Below, one piece after another: positions 46,075 through 59,907 of a DNA stretch of 64,000 nucleotides. The notes under the pieces were generated by a model. That model did no database searches and was not told where the DNA came from. It saw only the letters and a program-made list of their open reading frames with translations. Both the position numbers and the translations under genes were made by a program. Source of the DNA: the human T2T-CHM13v2.0 reference genome, Homo sapiens; assembly GCF_009914755.1 (NCBI RefSeq), contig NC_060936.1. One strand, 5' to 3'. Position 1 is the first letter of the stretch, and every line of letters starts with the position of its first letter.

Positions 46075-46285
46075 TGGTAGAGAGAGAATAAGATTTGGAG
46101 TCTGATAGATCTAGATTTAAATCCTAGATATCCCACTTGCTAGCTGTATGACCTTAGAGAAATCAAGTAATCTCTCTGAGCTTCTACTCTCTCATCTACA
46201 AAATGGGAGCAATTATACTTAGTTGCTTATTTTGAGATTTGAAGTATTATGTGAAAGACCTTTGCAAAGAAGAGCTCAGTAAGTT
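46075..46285 (+). mobile_element. MIR
   Basis: ggagtctgatagatctag...ccacttgctagctgtatgacctt...ctctgagcttc...catctacaaaatggg. Confidence 0.75.
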
Positions 46286-46859
46286 TTATTGGTTCTACCT
46301 TCTCTTTCTTCCTTCTGATTTTCTCTATTCTCATATATTAAATTTGTTATACAACTCCACTGTTAATCACATTTTGTTTTAATGCTATTTACCTTTTCGT
46401 TTCTATGTATCTCATCTTCTCAACTAAATATCAAGTTTCCTGAGGGAAGGAAAAGTTTTTATGTTCACAGCTGCAGTTAAGGTTGGGTTCTGCATAGAGA
46501 GTCACTCAATGAATATTCATTGAATAAATGCATTCCCCCATTTGCTCAGCTGACATTCTTTCCATTCCACTGACTCCATGTTGGTGACTTCTCCATTGCT
46601 ACTTCTGTTTGGCAGCTTTCTAATTATTACCAGGTGTCCCAAATGTCCACTGTCAAACTCTAAAAGTGGACTTTCTTCCTGAACTCTACCATAAAAGTCC
46701 TAAAGCTTCTTTCTCCAAATTAAACCTCCATGTAAATTGCCCACCTTAGGGTGCCTTCTTGTCAGTAGAACCAGCAAAAAAGCACAATAAGGACTCCTTG
46801 GATTTAACTAGTGAGTCAGCTATGTCTTACAAACTGTGGTTTCTCTTAACACTTGTGTG

Positions 46860-46910
46860 GTCTCTCTTTCTGTCTCTGCTTCTCTCTGTCTCTGTCTCTC
46901 TCTCTCTTTC
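46860..46910. repeat. TC-rich simple repeat
   Basis: Direct reading. Confidence 0.85.
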
Positions 46911-49457
46911 TTGGTATTAGAAGGCAATACGCGTGCAGTGGGTTCTCTAAATAGAAAGGGATATAACATTAGAAATTGGAGCAGTAATTGAATTGTAATT
47001 ATTTCTAGGTTTTTAAAAATTGAATTTAAGGATACATTAAGAAATAAACCATCCCTGGTGACTTAGTGAAAGAAAGGAGAATGTTATATGAAATTAACAT
47101 ATAGGTAAATGTAGCCCTTATTTGTGCTTTTGGTTTAATTATATGGAATAATGTAAATATTTATGTGCTTTTGTAAGGCAAAAGCATTACAATAGAGTGA
47201 CACATTTGGTAAATTTGGATTTTATGTTAGCATGACTTAGCCTCATTAGGGCGTTCCGTTTGGCTTCTCAGGTCTGTTGATGGCTAAAATCACCTTTGCT
47301 TTGAGGTTTGGTTAAACATGTTATAGTTTGCTAACTTTACACTTGATTAAGTTATTTGAATCTCTTCATTGTAACTTCACACAACATAGGTAGTTTGCAA
47401 GAGAATGAAAGTTGGAACTCATGAAAATGCTGGTTAGTGTCTGGGGTGGTTGTCTTTGATCATTTTGTAGACTATTTGTTTCTTCTCACCACTGATGTTT
47501 TTAAGTCCCTTAGGAGGCCCAAGAAGAAGTACCCCTTTTCTCAGCCTATGTTTTAAATATAGAAAGAAATAAGACAGAAATAAAGCCTGTGGTTACCAAA
47601 ATATCACCTTTATTCCTAAAAGACTGTATACTGGAGAATCTGCAGGCATGGGACTTCCCAATACTAAACTCCAAAATTAAATAGATTTCCCTAGTCCCTG
47701 ACAATACTAGGTTGGACACACCTCTGCTGGAGGAGCAGAGCAGAATTTGGAGTGCTGCCAGGAGAGATTTGGTCTCTAGAGAAAAGATGTTGACTTATAT
47801 ATGCCAAATTTATTCTTTCAAAATGGTCTATCAGATATGTTGCTTCTTCCCTGGAAGTGGAGAGTGGGCCGTTCTTTATCTGGAAGGAAACACCTAGGAC
47901 TAGGGAATAGACATTCCACATAATAGGGCCAATCCTCTTGTGTAATCTAGTTGGTAGAAAAAATGAGGTGGCCCATTATAGTGGATTTATCCCAACATAT
48001 TTGTTAAAAGGAACAGTCAAGATTTCAAGTAATGCTTTGCATTTAATAGCTACCTAAAAATGATTTTTCATTTGTTAGATGTACAGACCAGGGTGGCATC
48101 TGTTCACACATTTTTCAGTTTCACAAATGTGACAATACTCCTATAACAGGTATCCCTGTTTTATCTTATGTGTTAATGATGAACCACAGTAGAATATAGT
48201 GTGTTACAATGAGTCAGTATTTTTCATCACAAACTCATCACGTTATTACTTCTTCCAGGCACTAATGGATAACTATTTCTAAGACTGTACAAGAGGCTAA
48301 TTCAAATGATATTATATTTGGAAAGACTTTCCTACTAATCTCTCTGAAGTTGGAGGTTTGCATATTTGGTTAAGTAAAAATATATAAGATAATTTTCTGT
48401 CATAATTTCAAGTTAGTGTACAATAAAAATTATCAATTTCTTTTTACAGAGTCATGTAAAACCATTGAGTACAGACGATGCTGGAAATGGAAAGTATTGA
48501 GTAATATACTAATATTCTAACCACAGATTTTTCATGTCCTTATATGTAGAAAAATAAATGTCAGTAATAGTCAGCAGTGTTTAATTCATAGATTTATTTG
48601 TGAAGTTCAGGAAGGAAACACAATTTATACTATATAGATATTAAATATTGTTATGACCATCAAGTGTTAGAATAGTGGCTAAGTAAATTACTCTTTAATA
48701 AAACACAGAGCCTAGAACACAGCACTATATAAATGCCTGTTAAATAGGAACCAAATAAAATAATGAATTCTGTAGGAGTGGGATTTCAAACAAAAAATGG
48801 CACTGTGAATCTTAATGGGTTTTATATACTAATCTCTTTTCTGTAAATACAGTTTCTTGGCTCTCCAGAGTGTGGTGTGGCTCCTTGTCTATTCTTTCTA
48901 TAACTGAGACAAGTTACAAATCTCAGTAGATTAAAACTTGGGAGGAATATTGCCTGAATTCTTAAAGATGAAAGAACCCTAAGCATTTAAATTATAGTGC
49001 TTTATTATTCATTGTTTGCGTAGACACTGGTCATATAAAATAACTCCTTTGTCTATTATTTTATTGTCAATATAGACATCAACATTCTGACTGAAAGGAT
49101 ATAAAATATGGTAAGAAAATATGATACATTATGTGAATTACAGTAGAGATAAAAAATGCCATTACTGACATTTACTACATAAAAGTTGCCCTTTGAAATT
49201 ATTTAATTATTTCAAGTATTTCGTGCTGTGAAGGTTATTTTCACAAATGTTCTTTTGCTCTGTCTTAATAAAATGTCAAACATTTTAATAATGTAAAATA
49301 CATATTTACCCTATGAATATTGTACTTTATTTCTAGTTTGTGATCTCACATCTCTCCTCATAAAAATTGCATTATCATATTACATTTTTAGCATGTTATT
49401 TCCATGCTTCAAGTTCTCAAGTGGCTCTTATTCATTTTCAGAATAATTATAGAGCAC

Positions 49458-49985
49458 AAAGTTATTTATTGCTGTGTAACAAACACATCCAAAACTCAGT
49501 GGCTTAAAACAAGAATAAACATTTGTTTTCTCATAGTTTCTGTGCGTGAGGAGTTTGGGAGCAGGTTGGCTGGTTCTGGCTTGGGATCTCTCATGAGGTT
49601 GTTGTGACTATATCAGCCAGAGCTATAGTCATCTGAAGGCTTGACTGGAAAGTTACCTTCTAAGATGGATGGAAGATGTTCTCTCAAATGGATGGCAGGT
49701 TGGTGCTAGCTGTTTGCTGGATCCCTCAGTTCCTCAAGTGGAATTTTTCATAGGGCAACTTGATTGTCCTCGTGCCGTAATAGTTGATTTCCTCCAGAGA
49801 CAGCAACTCGAGAGAGAGACCACGGTGGAAACTACGATAACTTTCACAACCTACCCTTGGAAGTTCCTCATGTCATTTCAACCATATTCTGTTGGTCACA
49901 CAGGGAAGGCATAATTCAGTGTGTGTGGGGGTGTCTAGCCACAGGTGAGACTCATTGAGGGCCATCTTGTAGGCTGGCTACCACA
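49458..49985 (-). mobile_element. MLT1F/G-like MaLR LTR
   Basis: attgctgtgtaacaaac..ccaaaactcagtggcttaaaacaa ... gtcatctgaaggcttgactgg ... ggccatcttgtaggctggctaccaca. Confidence 0.82.
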
Positions 49986-50153
49986 CTTGCCAAAAAAAAT
50001 TTTTTTTTTTTGTTAAAAGTATTGAATTGGGTTAAATGGTCACATTTATTATATGTGCAACCCAATTTCACTGACTCTTTGTAACCTCCAATTTCTAATT
50101 TTATTTAAAATCTCAAACATTTATTTCTTATCTCTGAGTGTATCATATGGGCT

Positions 50154-50289
50154 TATAAAGTCGTCTGTCATATTCTGTTCTGTGCCCTCTATTGATGTTG
50201 ACTTGCCGGAGGCTGGTGGAGGCTAGTGCTCCGCCACAGCTGCGGGCTTTAGGACTCCACCTCGTCAGTCATCCATGCCAATGGTATGG
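50154..50289 (+). promoter_or_regulatory. Candidate TATA promoter plus short first exon (ATG CCA ATG | gtatgg)
   Basis: TATAAAG 50154-50160; locally GC/CpG-enriched unique sequence; ATG 50275; donor 50284. Confidence 0.35.
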
Positions 50290-51269
50290 TTTCCCAGGGT
50301 TTCCACATTTATAAGCCCCCAGGCTGCTAAAATGAAGGTGAATTACGTGAAATCCTTCCTATTTAAAAACCTGTGCTTATTTCCACCCAGAAGTGGAAAA
50401 AATGTTCCCTCTTCTACCTATGAATTATATATATTTATCCCCTAGTACAAGATAGTGTGCTTCTATATCTGGTGGGGCTTAGACCAGGATCCATGGGCTG
50501 AGCTTGACCCTCGTGTACCATCATGTGCTTCAGATGCAATGTTGTGTTGCCTATTTCATTTGACATTTAGTCGGAAAGTAGACTATTGAAATGATTGGAA
50601 TTCTTTGCTTTCAGTTTAGCAAGCCAGTCTGGGTCCCAGCTTTAAGCTCAAACTAGCCACTTGCCATGTATGTGCAACACAGAACATATTAAACATACAT
50701 ATCCCCAGTGCCATTAGTAGCTGCATAAATAATGTTTGAGGTTAATCTGTATGCTAATTAAATATATGTTTAGAAAAATTCAGTATATATCTAAATTTTG
50801 GTCTTATATATCTTGAAGTTATTCGTTGCATACATCTGTCAAGGAACTTTTGTACTTTAATAGAATAATTCAATTCAAAATTGGCAGTGAAATTCTTACC
50901 TGAAATCAGTAGAAGCACCAGGGTGCTTTAGTCCTAAAACATTGGCTGGCATATCCTTTCCATTAATGGATAATTGATTTGTTCTCCCTTATATAAAGTG
51001 AAGTGCTATGCAACTGTAGATTCAACACTCTTCTCCTCTCTTCCAATCAGCTTACTGCTCCTCTTTGTAAAATCCAGTAGTTACATTGCTTAAAGTCTTC
51101 TGATAAACATTTTCATAAGCTAGGGAATATAGTCTGAGAAAAAAATAAATGTTTACATCGGAATTTCAGATTTAAATTCACATTAGTCATTCTTATAAAT
51201 ATCTACCCTTTTAAATTTGATTTTTTAAGTGAATTATAAAATCTTAGGGAAGAAGAGTTTATGAAATAT

Positions 51270-53263
51270 TGGAATTAATTGTTACTTGAATGTTTGTGAA
51301 AGAACTCCTCTCTCAAACCATTTAGACATGGTGTTCTCTTTACCGAAAGGTGCTTGCACTACTGAACAGAATATTTTTTAGTAATAGAATAACTCAGGTT
51401 TCATACTTCTTTAATCATTTTGGCAAATAATATCTTTATCAAGGTATTTATCCATTTTTTATCTCTGCTATGTTTGTAGTTTTTCATTTCTAATACTTTT
51501 ATTACCTTATCTCTTTTTTCTTCATCAGTCTAGTAAGAGATTTGTTGGTTTTATAAAACTTTAATGTTTTTGGCTTCATTGATCCTCTATATTTTATTTT
51601 TGCCTTTGACTTAATTATTTTTTCGTATCTTTTAATATCAACTTTCTTTTGCTTTCTATGAGTTTATTACCTTGTGTTATTTTTCTTCTTAAGTTGGATA
51701 TATAGCTTATAGATATTCAGCCTTTTATAATCTAAACAATTGAAGACTAAGTTTCCTATTTTCAGCTATTTTTGTTGCATTCCAAAAGTTTGAAATGTAG
51801 TCTCTTGATAATGTTTCTTAATCTCCATTGGGATTTTTGTTTTATTCATGAATTATTTTGAAATGTGTTTTTAAATTCTGAAGTATGAGGTATAAAAATT
51901 ATTTAACATTTTGTTACTAATTTCTAATTGATTACATTTGTTTGGAAATGTGGTCTGTGTGATATCTAATCTTTGAGCTTCACTGAGGTTTGTTTTGTCA
52001 ATTTTAAAGCTTCCAATGCATGTTGGAAGAGAATATGTGTTCTCTAATTGTTGCATGCAGGGTTCAATATGAAGTCCATTAAATCAAGTTTTAATTGTAG
52101 TATTTAAATATACTATATCTTTGTTAATTTTTTTTGTTTTTGGTTTTTTTTTTGGTTTGCATGACTTATTAAATGAGAGAGGAATGCTAACATCTCACAC
52201 TGATTATAGATTTTTAAATTCCTTCCTGTAGTTTATCTGATTTTGTTTTACATACAGTATTTTGAATCTATCTTATTTATATAATCTATCTCATTGATCA
52301 ATTTTAAAATCATTCTATTTACCTGGAGAATTTATTATTTGTTATTATGTAATGATTCTCTTTATTCCTAACATTGTTTTTTAACTTAAAATCCATGTTG
52401 TCTGAAACTAATACATATTCTAGCTTTCTTTTTGTTAGTTTTATCTGGTATATAATTTTACAGCCTATTACTTCCAACACTTCTGCATTCTTAGTCATAT
52501 CTCTTGCAAACACACATCTTTGGATTTGTTTTGCTCTCAGTTTTCTATCTTCTATCTAACAATTATTGTCTTTTAACTGGCAAGATCAATATATTGAATT
52601 TATATTAGGACTTGATTCTGCCAAGTTTTTTTGTGTTTTCTGTTAGCACAGCTTTTCCTTCTTTCTTTTTTCCCTTTTTTTTTGCACAGAGTGAATTTTG
52701 TTTATTCTTTTTCTCTTTCTATCCCTCCTTCACTCCTCTACTAGGTTTAGAAATTATGTATTAAATATCTACTATTTTAGTGGCTACCCTTGATACTTTA
52801 CTATGTATATTTAAAAAGCTAGCTATTCTAAAGCTGATCAATATCTTAATCACCTGCTAAATAATAAAAGTTCTCTAGAACGTTTTAACTGTAATCAACC
52901 TCTTCTTACTTCCATGCGATTGCTGTTCAGGGTTCTAGTTCTTTTTTTGGTTCAACTCCACAAAGTAGATGTTAATATTTTTATTATTTTATATAAATAA
53001 TGTTTGTCTAGATTTGATACATTACTTACTAGTTTATCACCATTTCTTTTTGCCTCAGATATGTCTTCTGAGATCACCTCTGGAATTAGGTTCATTCTCC
53101 TTGAAGTACTTTTAAATGAAGGTATATAGGAGGTATACTCTCTCAGTTTTTGCTTTTTGTTTTTTTCATTTTTAAAATCCTGTGACAAATGTCTTTTAGT
53201 GGAGTATTTAGTCCATTTGTACTTACATAACTATCAAATATTTGCATTTAAATATATCACTTT
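51270..53263 (-). mobile_element. Old L1M ORF2 fragments
   Basis: T-rich antisense L1 hallmarks (atgcatgttggaagagaatatgtgttctc; track ORF 52319-52513 resembles a decayed EN region). Confidence 0.65.
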
Positions 53264-53277
53264 ACCATGCTAGTTTT

Positions 53278-53912
53278 ATTTATTTATTTATTTTTTATTA
53301 TTATACTTTAAGTTTTAGGGTACATGTGCACAATGCGCAGGTTAGTTACATATGTATACATGTGCCATGCTGGTGCGCTGCACCCACTAACTCGTCATCT
53401 AGCATTAGGTATATCTCCCAATGCTATCCCTCCCCCCTCCCCCCACCCCACAACAGTCCCCAGAATGTGATGTTCCCCTTCCTGTGTCCATGTGTTCTCA
53501 TTGTTCAATTCCCACCTATGAGTGAGAATATGCGGTGTTTGGTTTTTTGTTCTTGCGATAGTTTACTGAGAATAATGATTTCCAATTTCATCCATGTCCC
53601 TATAAAGGACATGAACTCATCATTTTTTATGGCTGCATAGTATTCCATGGTGTATATGTGCCACATTTTCTTAATCCAGTCTATCATTGTTGGACATTTG
53701 GGTTGGTTCCAAGTCATTGCTATTGTGAATAGTGCCACAATAAACATATGTGTGCATGTGTCTTTATAGCAGCATGATTTATAGTCCTTTGGGTATATAC
53801 CCAGTAATGGGATGGCTGGGTCAAATGGTATTTCTAGTTCTAGATCCCTGAGGAATGGCCACACTGATTTCCACAATGGTTGAACTAGTTTACAGTCCCA
53901 CCAACAGTGTAA
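53278..53912 (-). mobile_element. 5'-truncated young L1 (L1PA2/3-like), 635 bp
   Basis: 3'UTR plus ORF2 C-terminus (track ORF 53505-53876); TSD accatgctagtttt at 53264-53277 and 53913-53926. Confidence 0.96.
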
Positions 53913-54204
53913 ACCATGCTAGTTTTTTATTTACCTTCTGTCTTTAGTTCTTTACTCCTTTTTGCTTTGCTTTGGATAAATAAAATATTTTTAATATTTT
54001 ATTATTACTACTATACTACCTTATTAATTACACATACTTTTATTCATTTAGTGATTACCCTAAAGAGTAAAACACACATAATTGACATTAAAGCCTACCT
54101 TTAATTAATATTGCCAACAATTTCCAAGAACCTTATAGCACTTAACTTTATTGACCCCTTCTGCCTTGTAGCTTATTTTTGTCATAAACTGAAATTCCAC
54201 ATCT

Positions 54205-54440
54205 TTAACAGCATTATTGAGGTATAATTGACATATAACAAACTTCATATACTTAAGTATACAGTTTTGTAAGTTTTTGACATATGTATATAACTGTAAA
54301 ACCACCATGACAGTCAGGATAACCATGTCTGTGTGAGCTTTTGTAACCTGCTTCTCTTATCCTTCCATACATTCACACAATCACTGTTTATTTGCATTTT
54401 CTAGAAATTTATATAAATGGAATAATATATTATGTGCATA
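54205..54440 (-). mobile_element. L1MC/MD 3' end fragment
   Basis: cagcattattgaggtataattgacatataacaaac...gtttttgacatatgtata. Confidence 0.7.
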
Positions 54441-55499
54441 TTTAACAGCTATTAAATCTATCCATTGGTTATTTCTTTGGTAAAATTCATAATCTTTTTA
54501 TATATTTCTTTGAACATGCTAATTGCAGTTTTCTGACTTCTACGTTATAATGCCAATCTTTGCACCATCACTGAGTCTGCTTATGTTATCAATTTTTTCC
54601 CCTGCTTTTCAGTAATTTTTTTATGTCTTGTTTCTTTATGTGCCTAATTTAAAAAATTGAATATTAGAGATAATATCTAAAGAATTGTAGAGGTTCATGA
54701 TGATACAATCTTCCCTAGAGAAAATTTTATTTTCTTCTGGTCTGTAGATACTGGGTTCAGGCTTTCTTTGGTTTGATCTGTTTCTGATTTGTCCTTACTC
54801 CTATGATATTGCCTTTCATATATCACATCCTAAAGCCTGAACTCTGCCCATAATTCTTCTACTTTGATGTTCCCTGAATTCTAATTTTTGTTTACTCAGC
54901 ATCATGAGACTAAAATTTATGCTTAGTTTTTTTTGCTTATCAGCAGTTCTATGCTTGATCTTACCTCACCTACATAGTTTAGTAGGTGTCAGCAAATGAT
55001 CTATGGGAAATTGTGTTAGAATTTCGGGTCATTTCCTGAGTTTCCTTATTTTTTCTGGTATTTTGTTCCCTCATGTCCTGATTGCATTTGTGGACATGAA
55101 TTTCAATTTTTATCTCTGGCCCAGTGACACTGCCTCAAGCTCTAAGCCACAGTTTTCCATATGGTCCCTATGACACTGAAAATCAGCAAATCTCCCAAGG
55201 GGAAAAAGATGCAATAAATTTGGCTCATCTAAGTGCATTTTCTTTCCTTAGTGATCTTGGCCTTTCAAGTCTTGCCTGCCTTGCTTGCTTTTTGATGCCT
55301 TCAAACAGTGGCCTTCATTATGATAAATACACTTGCTAGGTACACAGCTATAGATTGATAGTTATTTCCTCTTAGCAGTTTGAGGCACTGTCTTATGACA
55401 TCCGTTGTTGCTGTTGGGAAGAAATCAGTATAATTATTGTTCCTTTCAAATAATCTGCCTTTATTATTGTCTGATTTTAAGATCTTTTTTGTCTTTTAA

Positions 55500-56255
55500 G
55501 ATAAATAAGCCCTGCAGTTACTACAGCTTACTTCCTGGAGAGTTTTTTGGCCTCATTGCAGGAAGGAGGAAATCAGGCAGAGGCCAGGGTCTTCCTGAAT
55601 GGAGGAGATAGAGCTGGGTGTGTGGGGAGGCCAAAACAGCTATTTCATATGTCAGAGTACCAGAGTGAAAAAGAGAGCACAGAGGAATAACCCTAGAAAT
55701 CTGAAGATGCCTCTTGACTCTTCACTGAGTAATGATCACCACAGGGATGTGAGAACCCACCCCAAGCTGGGGAAAGTATCACTCAAAAGGAACACAGGAA
55801 AAATTCTTAGAGCTCACACAGGACTAAGAATAGTTTGTGTCCCTACAAGGCAAAAACACAAAACCTTGTCATTTATTTGCCATCAGGTAGAGTAGTCAGA
55901 ATGGTGGAAGTGGGGCAAAATTAACCTGAGGGCTTCTGCTGCCTAATAAATTTTAATAGAAATATTCAGTAGCATCAAACTATTTCCAAGTAATTTAAAT
56001 GCATCCAAGAACAAAACTCAAGAGTACTTATAGGCATACAAAAATATCCTGCACCCAATAAAGTGAAAATTCACAATGTCTGGCATCCAATCAAAAATTA
56101 CTAGACACACAAAGATGCAGTAAAATATGACCCATAATCCAGAAGAAAAATAAGTCAAAAGAAGAGCCCGGGAATGATACTGTTGATATAGTTAGTAACA
56201 ATGATATCAAAAATTATAACTATGTTCCATATGTTTCAGAGGGTAGAGAAATGCC
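55500..56255 (+). mobile_element. Old L1MC/MD 5' region / ORF1 start fragment
   Basis: aaattcacaatgtctggcatccaatcaaaaattactagacac...aatatgacccataatc. Confidence 0.6.
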
Positions 56256-57895
56256 CGTGTGTAAATTGAGACACAACAGATTTCAAATATTTTACATTTG
56301 GTAATTTCAATATTTAAAGTTCTTGTATTGTCTAAAGTTTTATTTGCTATTTCTATCAACTCTCACTCATGGTAGCACTTCTTTTTGAGTTTAGTGAATT
56401 TTTACTTTGAACTCATATTTTAATAATATAATCTATCTGAATTCTGAGGATTTAAATAAAGCTTGTTTTTCTCTAGAGAGTATTCACATTTGCCAAATTT
56501 GGAATCCAAGAGATACAATAGTTTAAGGACAACTTTACATTCTTTGAAGGGTCCTGATTTATTCTGGGAGACCCAGGCTTGGCATCTCCACCTTGCAGTG
56601 TCCTTGAGCTTACACTTTTATTTTCTCAGTGTTTTTATGGGCGTTTGGTCTGAAAGTAAGTCTAGATTTTAAGTTTGCTTACTGGTACTCTTTAAATTTT
56701 AGCTGACTCTTCTTGCCTCTAGCCCTTTTGATGTGCATGAAAATCTATGTTTGTTGTGTTTCCCGTATTTACCATCATATTTACAGTACACAGCACTGGC
56801 CAGGCTCATAGTTAGAATTAAGAATTTGCCATATGAGTTACTATCATTAATACAAAAGCCTATGGTGTTTAAAATTATATTGTTTATTTCTAGATTTTTT
56901 AAATCTTAGGAGTCTAGATAAAATAGAGAAAATGACTACCTCATATAATAATTTATATAAAATAACTTATATTTTTAATAAAAATTCTTTGGTAGTCAGA
57001 TTTACTTTGCTTTGATTTCATTAAATAAGTTTTTTTTTTTTTTTTTCAGAACTGGATACTTTTTGTTTGAACACCTTTCAAATACCCTTTTTGATGGTGA
57101 TCACCAAAGTGATTCCTGCATCCTGTTCTTTTGATTCTACTTTAACTTGGGCTTGGATAGTTATTGGAGAATTGTCTGAAAGATCTTTACGCTTGGCTTA
57201 AAAGAAATAATGATTGATAGATTTGTCCTAACTCACCTTAAAGTACATCAAAAGAGTCCTGGACTCTGCCTTCAAACTGTTGTGTGACTATTGGTGGGTT
57301 ATTTGAGCTACTTACACCTCAGCTTTCTCATTTATTAATCAAAGGAGTTGAAATACATTATTCTTGGATATTACTAAGGGATTAAAAAGCATAGCAACTT
57401 AAAATTAACACCTGTCTATGATACTCCTAATCTGTCATTTAAACTTGTATCTTATGAATTATTAATATATTTTAGTAAATCTATAAATGGAATGGGTAGA
57501 GACAATAGCACATTTGCAGGTACAAGACACCAGTCTGAAAGACTTAGAGGACTTGTGGAAAGTCGTGAATGAAAATCAAATTCAGGATAAAAGGGAGAGT
57601 CAGAGAGATCTGAATGCATAGGTACAAATAATAGCAATACTGTAAATGTGGATGACATGGCAGAATCTTGGCCTTGGCATCCACCCCTTGTGATTGATCA
57701 AGATTGCTTAAGACCATGGAAATCAGCCTTCAGGGGACTATTCTTGACAATTTAACTTTTCCTTCTTAATTGCATTAATATAATGCCTGAAGTTAAAGGA
57801 AAACCTATTTAAAATCGTTAAGTATTCTTGTTTTTTAATATTGGTATCAGTATAATGATGAAGATGTAAGAATTTAATAATGGTAGTAATATTAA

Positions 57896-58192
57896 CTTTT
57901 TTTTTTTTTTTCGAGACGGAGTCTTACTGTCGCCCAGGTTGGAGTGCAGTGGCACGATCTCGGCTCACTGCAGGCTCCGCCCCCCAGGGTTCACGCCATT
58001 CTCCTGCCTCAGCCTCCCGAGTAGCTGGGACTACAGGTGCCAGCCACCTCGCCCGGCTAATTTTTTTGTATTTTTAGTAGAGACAGGGTTTCACCGTGTT
58101 TGCCAGGATGGTCTCGATCTCCTGACCTCGTGATCTGCCCGCCTCGGCCTTCCAAAGTGCTGGGATTACAGGCGTGAGCCACTGTGCCAGCC
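57896..58192 (-). mobile_element. AluY
   Basis: gttcacgccattctcc, ggatggtctcgatctcc; TSD agtaata(t/c)taa(c/t)tttt. Confidence 0.94.
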
Positions 58193-58265
58193 CAGTAATA
58201 CTAATTTTTAACAATTGGGAACTATACTTTCTATCTCATTGCCCATTTCAAAATACAGAATTTCC

Positions 58266-58554
58266 TTTTTTTATTGAGATGGAGTCTCACTCTGTCGCCA
58301 GGCTGGGATTCAGTGATGTGATCTCGGCTCACTGCAACCTCTGCCTCCGGGTTCAAGCTATTCTTCTGCCTCAGCCTCCCGAGTAGCTGGGAGTACAGGC
58401 GCGTGCCACCACACCCAGCTAATTTTTGTATTTTTAGTAGAGACGGGGTTTCACTGTGTTGGCCAGGATGGTCTCAAACTCTTGACCTTGTGATCCGCCG
58501 GCTTCAGCCTCACAAAGTGCTGGGATTGCAGGCGTGAGCCACCACTCCCGGCCC
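58266..58554 (-). mobile_element. AluSc-like
   Basis: tctgtcgccaggctgg (1-nt deletion diagnostic); TSD cagaatttc. Confidence 0.92.
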
Positions 58555-59692
58555 AGAATTTCAATAGTGACAATCTCTAATGGTTCAGGAAATATTTTGT
58601 TTACTTTTACTTGAATTATAAAAATGGATTCAAAGAATTTTGATTATTAAATGTTGAAATAATGTTTCTAATATAATTATTTTAAACCTATTATAGCTAG
58701 TTATGTCATATTAAGTTAAGTGATATCAAATTGCTGATGTTTGGTGGGTTTTGACCTTAAAAATGCTATTTGATATAATTTCACTTAGTAGTAAAATATA
58801 GGCCAAATTGATTCCGTCAAAATTAGAGAACATAATATATGTATGCATAAATTAAGTGTGCTGATAAATTTTACCTTGGGCTACAAGGTAATATGTAGTA
58901 TTAATATAGCATTCTTTTTATTTGATGGCTAACTTTTCCTTAAAAGGAAAACTAATAGATTCTAATAAATGAATACCTTTATTTCCTCTTGGAGTCATGT
59001 TTTTTCATGTTGAGCAATAAGCAATTTGATTTAGTTAAACTTGAGGATAGTTTAATGGAAAGAGCCAAATAGTAATAGTAAAATATAATATTCAGACTCT
59101 CTCAAATGGAAGGTTTATTACTGTGTTACTGAGACTAATTTATGTCAACATGTGTTTATTTAGTAATTTTACTAAACATTTATTTTAATATGCACACTTT
59201 TGAAATTGACATTAACTTTAGTTAAATTGACATTAAACTTTAGATCTGAACACACTATTATTCATGCTGTTTCTAACCATGCTTTTATTTTCCTTTTTTT
59301 TATAGAACCTCTTTTGAATTTCACATTGTAATCTTTGTTAGTATTATATGAGATTGTATCTCAATATTCAGTGTTTGATATTCTGTCAAATTCAGTGAAT
59401 AGCCGACATTTCTTGAGTATGCTCCTATTCCTAATAAGAGATGATAACCATCTGCTCAATGTTTTTAAATTCTCTTTGTACCCTGAAATAAGATTTGATC
59501 TGAATATTAATGTAATGGTACTCTTAGAGTACAAAAGTTTTATCATCTTACATTTATTATATAAAGCCGTGTTTGTCTAACTAGACCATCCTAACCGCCA
59601 TAATGATACTCTGGTGTAGTTTGTTAGATAACTTTGTTGATGTCCCATTCATGGAATAATTCTCATATTTTAGTTATTTTTATTCTGTTACC

Positions 59693-59907
59693 GTTTTTTA
59701 TTTTTTATTTTTTTGTTTGAGGCAAGGTCTCACTCTGTCACCCGGGCTGGAATGCAGTGGCATGATCATGGCTCACTGCAGCCTCAACCTCCTTGGGCTC
59801 AGTCGATTCTCCCACCTCAATCTCTGGAGTAGCTGGGACTACAGGTGCTCCACCATGCCTGGCTAATTTTTTGTATTAGAGACAGAGTTTTGCCAGGTTG
59901 CCCAGGC
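59693..59907 (-). mobile_element. 5'-truncated AluJ
   Basis: Right arm plus part of left arm; TSD ttctgttacc. Confidence 0.88.

Noticed and set aside
53242-53640. 132-aa ORF (and its counterpart 36876-37190)
   Set aside because: Antisense reading of the L1 3'UTR
57029-57110. Long T tract followed by CAG (acceptor-like)
   Set aside because: No convincing downstream donor or recognisable reading frame
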